Source of the DNA: Raillietiella orientalis
Taxonomy: Eukaryota
NCBI GenBank assembly: GCA_036172245.1
Contig: JAYWIR010000031.1
Location: 248,001 to 312,000 of the forward strand
Length of the DNA: 64,000 bases
Reading direction: 5' to 3'
In this document: one piece after another, positions 1 to 10,800 of the stretch
Layout: the number at the start of each line of letters is the position of its first letter
Position numbering within the stretch: the stretch's first letter is position 1
Notes under the pieces: generated by a model
Databases searched by the model: none
What the model saw: only the letters and a program-made list of their open reading frames with translations
What the model was told of the DNA's origin: nothing
Program-made: the position numbers and the translations under genes

Positions 1-559
1 AGTTCTTTCGGAGTACCCTTAGGTGTCTCGAAGAAGTTCCTCGTCTGATTACGCCTCTGCGGAAAAAACGATGCCGAGCGCTAGAAAGAAGGACATCTCA
101 GCGAGTAGCGATTTTGCGGAATATGGTACTCTGGGATGGGCTACTTGAGCTCTGCTCCCCTTTGCAGCATCTCGTGATGATGTGCCTTCCAGAGAAGAAT
201 CCTTAACAAAGAAGTCAGCGGTGAGATAAGCGCGCTCTGAGAATGTTCTTGACACCTGCACGGATAACAGGAACCGAACGTGCACCTCCTAATCTGCCGA
301 ACATGCATCTCTTGTCTTGTTCCAAGGGCTGAAGGCTCCGCTACCCAGGAGGAGAGAGGGGAAAAAGGAAAAAAGGGAGGCAAAGCAAACACCCCAAGAA
401 AGCAATTTAGGGACAAAACTATGCTGATTCCGGGCTACTGACGAACCTGTTCCGGGGACAGGGTCGTCTCATTTCGAGAGCTGATACGAGAGTCGTTCTT
501 GACCTATTGGGGTGGATTCTTGGATGGAATTTCATCTCCCCGCTTGATTCAGTTCAAAC

Positions 560-1300
560 CAGTTTTTTTTTATTTTTTTCTATTAGAGTCCCGAATCTAC
601 TGTCTGTTACGCATAGAAGCGTGATCTCGACACTGTTGTGATGTGCTCTTCCTTTTTGCTTCAGGCACACGTAAAAAAGACACGGCTTGAATTACGACTG
701 ATCTTCCTGAGCAAATGTTTAGAGTAGGCAAACCACAACCTTCTCGGATCAGGTTTCCCGCTCGCCAAAGAACCATCACCAGACCTTTAACTGTGACCTT
801 GAGGAGTCGTTGAGGTTACAGATTATCGCTGGCGAATAACCAATTACCGAATTACTTCCTGGAATGGCGGATAGTCAGCAAGGTGTAAACCGCTGATGCT
901 CCTCCGCCCTATGCATCTCGCAAATGTACCTGGATGTGTATGCGATACACAGTCAGGTACACGCGGGAAACACTTTGTTTGGTGAAAAGAGCCCAAGCCA
1001 CTTGAACAGCATCGTGTCATGTGCTCCAGAGAGTGCGCTCTTGAAGGACGTCTGTAAGCGAGAGCAAATAGCGTGGAGAATACGCTTCATCCATTTACGT
1101 CTCTCGAACGTGTTGAACTTTCGGTATAGCGGAGAAACTGTACTGCGTGTTCATCTTCTCCACTCAACAAGAGACGGATTTAGAAATGCTGTTATCCCAA
1201 TTTATTTCGAGCATTGAAATGACAACAAGCCGGCGAACACGGAAGCTGGATCAGGCGATCTGAAATGCTTCATGAAATTATAAACTGACGCGAAATATTC
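560..1300 (-). mobile_element. Degenerate Ty3/Gypsy-type integrase remnant
   Basis: Minus-strand peptides across frameshifts: WDNSIS (~SDNG), TVSPLYRKFNTFERR (~SPYHPQSNGxAER), SVIGYSPA (~TGxSPA), VLWRAGNLIREG (integrase C-terminus). Many stops. Confidence 0.5.
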
Positions 1301-1612
1301 CCTAGAAGATACGGCGTGGAAGGCATCTCGTGAGCGCTGAAGCTTCCAAAAAGAGGACTCCACGGAAATGTGAGCCAGATAGGTCAGATCCTGCGATCCA
1401 GAAGAAGGGAAGAAACAACCTTAAAGATCTGAGATTTGTGGAAAAGGCAGGAAAGCACTGGGCGTCCGAATGAGTCGAAGAAGCTCAGAAGGAAAATGGA
1501 AATGGCAAATTTACAAGGGTGAGCTAACGATAGTGTTTCAAGGAAGAGGATATACTTCTCATGGGTATGAGATCAGCAGCGCGGATCTGAGACGGCAGTA
1601 CCACTTTTAACG

Positions 1613-2528
1613 CTTTCTACTTCGACGACGAGCAAAGCTCAACCCAAGGTCCCTATGCAGACGCAAAGAATTCCAGGAGTCAGCAACTCGTACAGGAATA
1701 GAAGGACACAAGTAAGAAATCCTTCCAAGTCCTCCAGAGAATAAGAGTCGCAAGTTCTTGTGCTTTAAAGGCGCAAGAACCCTCGACTGCTGTGACTCTT
1801 CCATAAATTTTCGCCCTATCTCTCGAATTCCAGTATTATTTCCGTCGTGGGAACTTTCCACCCTCTTATTTCCAGCTCTCTTACTGGCATTTTGGGGTCT
1901 ACCATTTTAATCTGCGTAATTTTGCAATATTTTAAAAGAAGAAGAGAAGGAGGAGGGGGGAAAAAAATAAATAAACCTTTCAACACGCTTTCCTTCACTT
2001 TGGCAGGGAAATTCGGTAGATCTTGATTGCACGCGTTCCAAGACCGCGACCCCAAGAAGGGAAAGGCATGAAATGACGCACTGTCAGCTTTCTTTCCGGT
2101 TACTAAGTACTTCTCCCTGCTTCACACATGGAAGTTAAGCGAACGATGACGAATCATGAATAGGGAACACTGAAGCAGAACTTCCTTTCGAAGCTGCACA
2201 TTTCAAAACTGCTGCTGCTCTTTCGAATCGGGTTTAGCCAACCCATCTGTCATCTGGAACCGTTTTCCCCGCGTCTCAAGAAGCGAGCTCTTGAATCACA
2301 TGTCTTTCTACTTCGACGACGAGCAGAGCTCAACTCAAGGTCCCTGTGCACATTCAAAGATTTCCAAAGGTCAACATCCTGCACAGGAATAGAAGGACCC
2401 AAGTAGGAAATCCTTCCAAGTCCTCCAGAGAATAAGAGTCGCAAGTTCTTGTGCTTTAAAGGCACAAGAACCTTCGACTGCTGTGACTTTTTCATAAATT
2501 TTCGCCCTATCTCTCGAATTCCAGTATT
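1613..2528 (+). repeat. Direct duplication: 1613-1837 and 2304-2528 (225 bp each)
   Basis: Aligned by eye: no indels, about 21 substitutions (~90% identity), period 691 bp. Confidence 0.95.
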
Positions 2529-2750
2529 GTGCCCTTCCGCTTTTCTAAAATACGACAACATTCACCTCTTCCTGGACCTCTGTCACTTTCTACCCTTCCC
2601 CCCAATCCAATTCCCATTGGTCAACAAAGCAGCCCTCTTTCAACGTCCACCCATACACTCTCTCACGAAGTGTCACGCTCTCAGCGTGTGTTCCCAGGTC
2701 CCACTTTGGTCACTGGAAACTCTGAACTTCCCCCTTTCGAGGTAGGTTCG
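1613..2750 (+). mobile_element. Non-LTR retrotransposon (LINE) reverse transcriptase fragments
   Basis: FKG...INFRPISRIPVL (~LINE K.G...NYRPISLL) occurs twice. S*LHAFQD (~D.xKAFD) near 2020; PPIQF (~QxGF) in ORF 2449..2745. Confidence 0.5.
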
Positions 2751-2799
2751 GGCTTATCTCTAGGCAGGGCTGTGTGTAGCGAACGCTTCTCTGCCATCC

Positions 2800-3350
2800 T
2801 GTGAACCTCATTCGGTTCTCGGATATCACGATGACCACTTGCACTTTATGCTCAGATTTGGTTTCGAGCTCCATCTACTGTTCTTCCCATACGGACGCTG
2901 ACCTTACCAAAAGAGCTTACAGTTGCAAATCTACGGGTGACAACTCTTGCCTCTACATCTATCACGAAGAGAATCAAGATGATCCAAAATCCTAATGATC
3001 TGATGAACGGAGGGCATCCGAAACCTCATGAGAATCAGTGTCCCCCTCACATGGGGTGCCTACGGCTTCTGTGTGTTGAATCGCAGCTTGAGACGCTCAG
3101 AACTCCAGAAGCTGATAGCTCCCATGATGGCTGATACAGATCAGGTTTTCTGCATCCGGTAGAGAGAATCGACAGAGGCGATGTGCTTGCGGTGGAATCA
3201 ACACATGCACATGCACTCCACCGTTAAAGTGGTTGGGGGTGCACTCAAACTAAGCCCACGAAAACGCCTCGACGCGTTTGATGGCATGCGGCGCCAAGTG
3301 GTCCTCTGTGGTGATGATTCTCCGCTGACTCCTCATGGAACTGCGTGCAG
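2800..3350 (-). mobile_element. Possible gag zinc-knuckle/protease remnant of an LTR retrotransposon, perhaps the same element as 560-1300
   Basis: Weak minus-strand motifs GHLA-like and VHVLI; orientation and order fit the downstream integrase remnant. Confidence 0.25.
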
Positions 3351-4899
3351 CTGCTCGTTGGTTGAGAAGAATGAGGTTCCGAGAAAAGGAAGCTACCTTC
3401 AGCTAGTCCTCCTATTTCCTGATTTTTTTTTTCTTTTTGCTATTCCGAGAATTCACTTCTGTCCCGTAGTTCCTTCTCTTCCCACGGAGCTGGCTTCTAC
3501 TGAAAGCCGGCGCCACCGCAAGGATCCTCTTGCTGCTTCCCGTTGGCATCGGTAACCCCCAAAACGAAGAAGCAGCGCAGACCAGAGCTCCTGCGGGCAC
3601 CACCGTCGGAAGTCACCCAATGCGCTCACAGGTTGGTTGGCTGTTGCCTCTGCATCCTTGTTTCGGGATCCGGAGGCGACCTCTAGCCAGAGAAGTAGAA
3701 AGCAGGCTGCTGCATTTCGCTCCGGCTCCTAAGCAGGGAAGTCCCTGTTAGGGGAGCTCCCTCCCGTTGTTCGCCCCTCCCTTTCGCTGTTCAATCCTGC
3801 AGGATCGGACCCAGCAAAGCCTACACCACGAAACTTCGCTAGATCTGATCACGAGGGAGCACCTCTTCCCTACCCGGTGCACTTCCTCTCTCTCTTTCCG
3901 GGCTCTGAGAAAGTGTGGGTTCTCTCCCCCGGGCCGGCATCATTCGTTGTGCGCGCAGGGCGCGAATGAGAAAGAACGAAGACTGATTGAGAGAGGCGAA
4001 GAACGCAATACCGTCGAGGAACCCGAAGCCATCCTTTCACGCTTCCCTTCCATGCCGATGTCACTAGCGGGAACATTTTTTTCATAAAGGGTAAACCAGT
4101 TGGGAACTCGGTTCCCAACCGAAAACAAAGCAAGTTCAAGGAGAAGACCCACCGACACGCAGGTCGGGACATCTACAAGTCGGGAACGGATGGGGAGGGA
4201 ACAGTAAACGAATAATAAAATGGGGAAGGTGGAGACCCGGGTCTTTGACTAGTTTTGTTCCTTCTGGCGCAGAAAAATCGGGGAAAAGTCCGGAACGGAT
4301 GGGAGGGAACGAAAAATAAATCAACAAAAGGTAGGTGGGGACACAGTCTACTGGTGTCGGCCGTTCCTTCCTTTTAAGACCGGCTCTGGATGCCGGCGGT
4401 CTCTGCCTAGAATTCCTCCTCCTCTTGCAGGTGAGGCCACCTAGCAGCCGTCCTCGTGTAGGCGGCAGCCATGTGGGTGACCTCCCTTCGCTGCACTTGC
4501 GCCTGCAAGGCATGACGCGGCAGGGAGGACGTCGTGAGCGCTTGCGGAACCAGGAAAGTGCTCGGTCCCCGTCGTCAGCCGCTCAGAAAGCGGGCGGCGG
4601 CCGGCAGCACCTCCGAGGAAGATTTCTGCCCGGAACGGGCCAGCTGAGAGGCCGCAGCAGACCAGAGAGGAGGGTTCTTCCCGCAAAGGGGGACAAAATG
4701 AAAATGCGTCCGATCTACGTGAAGACCGGAGGAAGCCCTGCTCCTTAGAGCTACCCCGCTTTGGGCACACATCATTCGCTGTGTGCGTCCCGCACTTAGC
4801 ACTGGCGCCCGCATTCGATTGGTATCCTCGGGAACGCATCCGACTCATCGGAGCGCCCAGCGACTGCTACGAGTATTAAATGAGCGCTTCTGGCCGTAT

Positions 4900-5420
4900 G
4901 GTTGCAGCGGAGCGTGGCAACAGAAAAAGCACTGCCAAGGGCTTCTGCAGTGCCTTCTCGAACATAATTGAGAAATTGCTCTTGTCCTGGGAAGTTATGA
5001 AAAGTGGCAGTCTACCGATTGGATGCTGAGCGCTTGGAGCCCAAACACTCTCATGTTTAACTTGCATTTTGATAAACGTGACCTTTCCTGATAAAACAGT
5101 GGACTTGAAATATGGACATGTGGGAATGAGGGAGCGCAAGTCCCCTTGCGCTGATGCTCTTCTCCTTGTCACGCGGTGGGAGGGTCCATGAAAAATGCTC
5201 CAAATGTAGCCGATCACAACAGGATCTGAATGCGATACACAATCTCCAAGATGGAACAGCCTGCAAAGTTTTCGATCTTTAATTCATCTATCTGCATGGG
5301 AGGAGTTTCGCTTCTCGGGCCGCAAGCTAATCTCGTATCTCTAAGACGCCTCCTAGCTCAAATGAATGCTATACTCTGCTTAAATATGTATCGGGAAGAC
5401 CGTCAGATAATGCAAAAATT
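4900..5420 (-). mobile_element. BEL/Pao reverse transcriptase remnant
   Basis: LACGP...ILEIVYRI (~L..GP.L...LLRFR), VVIGYIWSIF...GDLRSL (~ADI..MF.Q...D.LRFL), PYFKSTVLSG (~Y.F.RV.FG). Confidence 0.4.
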
Positions 5421-6299
5421 ACCATTTGAAGAATGTCTTGGTCTGATTGTCTCAAAATAGCCCGTGCCGTTGAAAGTCTGCTGATGTTCTTGTCCTGGAT
5501 GTACCTATTCATAATCAGTCATGTAAGATCCAGCAGGGGGCATCCATTTCATTTCATTACACTCTGTTTTCGGTTGATAATATCGTCAGTGTTATAAAAA
5601 CACTTTAGTAGTAATAAAGAGGCACATTAAATGGTTTACAAATCCAATGGTTTGTAAATGTGTTTCTTATCATATGCATCGACGAAATTTGTTATTCCAA
5701 GAAATGTGTTATGTATGCACAATATGCACGTTAACACATACGTAATATTACACTGTATTATTTATAATATTGTAATTTAATGCATACACATGATAGAAAT
5801 AATGCAGTGCAGTTTCTAATTGTAATTGATATTCCTATACAAATGAATATTAGTGTATGTTGTAATTATGGTATGTATTCTACATAAGCAGCATATAGCT
5901 TGAAATCATTTTCGTAGCCGTATATTAGGGTTTTTGCGTTTATACACGCAAACACACACGCAAAAAAAAACACGTAATAGGATCGTAGAAGTGAAGGCTA
6001 TGGGAACCATGAGAAGCTCAGAAGACGCCTCGGAATCCAAGTGTACAGGAAAGGACTTATACAAGTTGATTTTTCTCCTTTTTCTTTTGTTTTTGCTTCC
6101 GGTTTGTGTGTGTGTGTGGGTGGGTGTGTGTGGTTTTGTTCTTTTCCTCCGTGCTGCCAAAAGAATTGCAATGGAGTTGCCGATGAATTTATGAGATGCA
6201 CACCGCAGCAGCAATTCACTTGAGCAGCGACAAAAACGTGTTAGAGATTCTTAAGAAAGATTTCTTTATGTTTGATCAGAAATTACGTACTCGACCTTT

Positions 6300-7400
6300 G
6301 TTCCTTAAGCATTTATTTTGCCGTAGATACGCATCTTAGAAGACTATTAGGATCAAAAATCCAAAAGTGGAGAGAGTTCTCGGCGGGAGAACGAACCGTG
6401 GAAGCAAGCCATCCAAAATGGCTTCTCTCCGCCCTATTTCATTTCAGTAAGAGTTTTGTGGTTTACGAAACTGCTATTCAGTCTTTTCCGAGAAGGATTT
6501 CTTAGCTGTCCTCAAGGTGTGGGCTGACGCAGACGTGCCCGATATGCACGTAAATGGAATCTGACTTCAAGAAGAAAGCAAATGGCCAGTAGAGAAACGA
6601 AAATAAAACCCTAGCTTCAGATATCAACATTTTAGCTAATGAAAATAGAATGAAACCTGGACGAAAGTTCTGTGGTAGCGCCTTGTGGTTGCTGCCCTGG
6701 ACTCGACGTGAGAATGGAACACGTTACCAAGGGTGATTCACTGACATCTAACGACAACTGTGTAAAAGCTGCGGTGATAGCAAAAAACGCCAGGAGATGA
6801 CTCCTCATTGAAAACAAAATCTGCTGAGCATCCAGCTTATACATAGCGCTAGGTACTGGAAAAAAAAATTGGTTTTTCACCTTATTCTGTCCGAAACTCT
6901 GATTGCATTCGCTAAGAGAACTGAGTGCGTTTACCTAAACTGAGGAAGCTTAAAAGTCATTGTGAGCAAACGGATGCTGGGAAGCGCGAAAACGATTGGA
7001 CAGAAAACACTCTTATTATACCAACTGCTACACAAATGACGCGCAAAATAATGATCAGAAGTGCCTGAAAGATACTGAAATCCAAGGTCATTTCCTTGAT
7101 TTCCATTAATTCTTGAATTGTTCGATGAAATGGCGGTAAGCTTGACGAGACCAGGTCTAAATTTTAATCGTCGGCGGGATGGATTTTACGCTGCTCTGCT
7201 CACAGTGTGAAAAGCAGGTATGCATTGCAAATGAATTTCGGAAGACTATCCTCAAAGGTACTGACTATGTATGGAGATTTCGGATGTTTCATTCATCCAC
7301 GGAGGCTTGGGAAAGGAAAGACTGCACAGTCTTGCGGCCTTTCCTCTTTGAAATCAGATACCTCTCCAGCAAAGGACGTTATTTCTTTATTTGCAACGTT
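6300..7400 (+). mobile_element. Possible BEL/Pao gag remnant
   Basis: LLGSKIQKWREF (~F.GD...W..F) and Cys-rich CSQCEKQVCIANEF knuckle-like segment. Confidence 0.3.
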
Positions 7401-7899
7401 TTCTGAGGACCAAAGGAGATGCTGCTGTTCCCCTTTTTGCTCGCCTAACAGCAGCAGCATGTCAACTCGGCTTCGCTTTCCGTCTCTCTATCGGAACAGC
7501 CCAGAGAGGAACAGAGCACTGGACTTCTACGGCTGCTCCTCAGCCCTGTAAATGCCTCATGCACCCACCCATCCCAGCGGATCTCAGCCTCCTGGGCATT
7601 TCGGTCCGAAGAGCACCCAATCAGGGATTTCTTTCACGCGTCAAAAGACTGTGCATTCCACCACCACTTTCCAGAGCACACGGGCACAAAGAACGATCCA
7701 CAGAATGTCGGACTCGGATCAGAGGCGGCAACGTGGAAAACGGTGCAAGATTTGCCTGCAAAACTCTGATGACCCAAACCCGCCACTTCCTATCACATCT
7801 TGCGTAGGAAACGAAGATGACTTCGAGAGTTATTTTCACTCGGAATAACTCGAAAACAAATTATCAGCCTGCACAAAAATCGGGAAACGCGAGCATTGG

Positions 7900-10800
7900 T
7901 GAGCAGCAACGCAATATCCGATTCCATTTCCGGTTGTTATGGAGGTCCAGAACGAGGCGCAGACATTTTGCTCTCACACACGATTCGCCAAAGACAACTG
8001 TAATGCTCCCAGCCCTCGCAAATCACAGCTAAAAAGGATGAGGAACAAGAATGGACACGAGCTCCGAGTCTGCGGACCTAAACATTTCTCAAGAACCTCC
8101 TTCAGCCAAAAAGGGACTCGGGTCCGTTTCTTTTTCTTTTTTTGCAGGGAAGCCATTCCATCTCCCGAAAAAGGTACGGAGCTCCGTACCTTTTCGGAGG
8201 ATCGTGGAAGCTGGAAGAATCGTCCGTGGAAGAACATTGCCAGAGCTCACTTTCTGGGTGCAATCATTTCGACACATCTCGCCTGTGTCAACAACTCACG
8301 ACCAGAAACAGCGCTTGAGAACAAGAGTGATTGCATCATTCTTCTCTTTCGAGCTTCAGGGAAAAAAAATCCTCACCTAGGTTACCAGCCTCCCATGTGT
8401 GCCGTTGTCTGTTAGTATCTCTCACTAGGCCATGGTTAGACGAGAAACCAATAAAATGGAACATCGCTCTGGTATTCTGGCTCCTCTCGCCTGCCTTACA
8501 TATACCGATCAGATGAATTGCTTCGTACGGACTGTAGCGAATTTTGTGTCCTGACAGTCGTTGAGATCAACCAGCATCTGCTGGACGGATAGCCTCCTCC
8601 AGGAGAACAAGATGCCGGGAAACCTCTACTGGACCTCTATCGTTTTTGGAGAGCTCAGTTCGAAGCCCAGGTGGTAAATCAGCAGCCGCGGGCTTGAGCG
8701 AGGATGCAATCATAACGCTGGACCCGCTGTGCTGTCGACAGTTCCCGCAGAAACGGATTTGCAGCCGTTCCCATGTGGCCTTTCCTGGTGATGTCGGCAT
8801 TTCACTTTCCTCTCAAAGCTTCCTGCTACGTTCGGTTTCGTGGCAACGAGTGGCCGCTGGACAAACGGGAGCGCGGCAGTTTTCGTAAAGAGTGGATGCT
8901 TCCCTGTAATTTCCGAACTCAGACGAAGCCGGTTTGTCATCTCCTCTCCTCTCAGTCTCCGAGCTGCCCTGTAATGAGGAGGACGAGGAACGCTGCGATC
9001 CTCCTGTTCGCGATGTGCGTTTTCCTAAACTGCTTCTCGTCCCCAGTGAGCGTTGGGACGTGGGCACCACAGAGTCTCCTGAGGCCCGCTTCCCATTGCT
9101 CGTAACCAATCGCTCAGTCCAGCTTGGCAGCTCTCTAGAGGGAGGACTTCGGTTTCCTTGTGATTGCACACTTCGTCCCGTCGCGTGCAGTGCTGGACGC
9201 CTTGCGCACATTCGCAGTGAGATAATCATGCGGGAAATTCCGGGATTGCAGAGGATCCTCGGTGACTTTCCGCGCACGGTAGGGCCCGGAAAGAACCGAA
9301 AGTGAAAGACGAGAAAAGCGAGATGCTGCTTGGAGCTTAAGAGGGGACTGATTAAAAAGATGATTTCCTTTCCCAGCTTCTAAGTGTCTAAGTTTCTATT
9401 GATCGAACCACCACCCAGACTCCACATCTTTCTTCTGTTTTCGCTGTTTTCCTTCCAGCATTTTTTTTTTTTTTTTTTTTGGGGGGGGGGGGGGGGGTCT
9501 CAAGGAGTGCTGAAAGAACCGTTCGAAGGGATGGCTCGCGAAACTCTTCAGCACTGTCCACCCTACTCGAGGGTGCCTATAACTCTTCTAGTTATAGGGA
9601 GTAAACCTCATAAGGACCCACCCTAATCTCGGAAGGCTCCCGAAGAAGCAGTCCGTTCCTCTTTTACGCATGGTAGGGAACCACCTCTTCCTCATTCTTT
9701 TCGGAGGGGTCCCTCGAAGGAAGCCGCTCCTCAATTCTTCTCCGGAGGAAACCCGGAAAGGCTCCGCTCCTGGAATTTCTCCCTCGAGGGAACTGCTCCT
9801 CGTTTCCTCCCCTAAAGGGCGCTTTCCGAAAGGAGCTGAGAACTTCTTGACAATCTGGAGAGCCAAAACACCCGAGGGGGTATCAACCAGCTCCATGGTC
9901 CCCCGCGAGGGGTAGGAGTGCTCCATTTTCACAACCGGAGGAGGGGAACCCCGAAGGGCTCCTTGATTCCTGGAAGGACCCCGGCGGGTCAATACCGCAT
10001 CTTTCTCCCCAGTTTCGCGTAGATACGAGAGCCAGCAAGTTGCGGTATCCGTTCTTTCGACTGCCTCTCGGGAACCTCAAAAGTTCTGCTCTGCTTGTCA
10101 CAGGCAGCACAGCTTAAGATTGCACCGTCTGCGCTACACTTCCTAGATAACTTAAGAGAGCCGCAGTGCGCCATCAAGCGTAAGCTGCGATTCCAACTTA
10201 CCCTTAACAAGCGCTCGACATTCGCTCATTTCCTGCACCTCCGAAGACGAGATATTCATCGAGAGTCCGTGAAAGAGCAGGTTGCGTTTTCTACACAAAG
10301 AGCAGGCTCCAGCTCTCGTAACCATGTCGTCCTACTTCATCTCCAGGTCTGCCTGCAACCCGCCTTCCGTTTTGTGCGTTGATTAGGTGCTCACGAGACT
10401 GTGATGTGGTTTCATCGCGAGTCTGTTCACTTGACAAGCAGCAGATACTTCCACGACCCTTCGAAGTTCGGGATTCCCTTCTCCGTCCGACTGCCTGCCC
10501 CTGTGAGCCATCGTTTATTGAATGCCTTTGCTGGATCGAGGTCTGTCGGGTCGCGGAGCCTCCTTCCTGGAAACAGGGCTAAGTAAGGCGCCCAGTTGAA
10601 CCCTTTGGGTGCGGACCTCATCAGATTGAGACGTTCTGTGCTGACGGCAAGCGAGCCGCAGGTGCGACCTCTGTGGACGGACTGCTTCTTCGCGTACCGC
10701 GTACTCCATGGAGCTACCGACTGACTTTATAAAGTGCTGATTAAAGTGAATATTATAATTGCTTATTTACACCACATTGAGTTTTTTTTTGTTTCATTTT

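Noticed and set aside
1613..2528. The 225-bp direct repeats as LTRs of a TRIM element
   Set aside because: No TG...CA ends, PBS or target-site duplication seen, and the repeat encodes a LINE RT motif.
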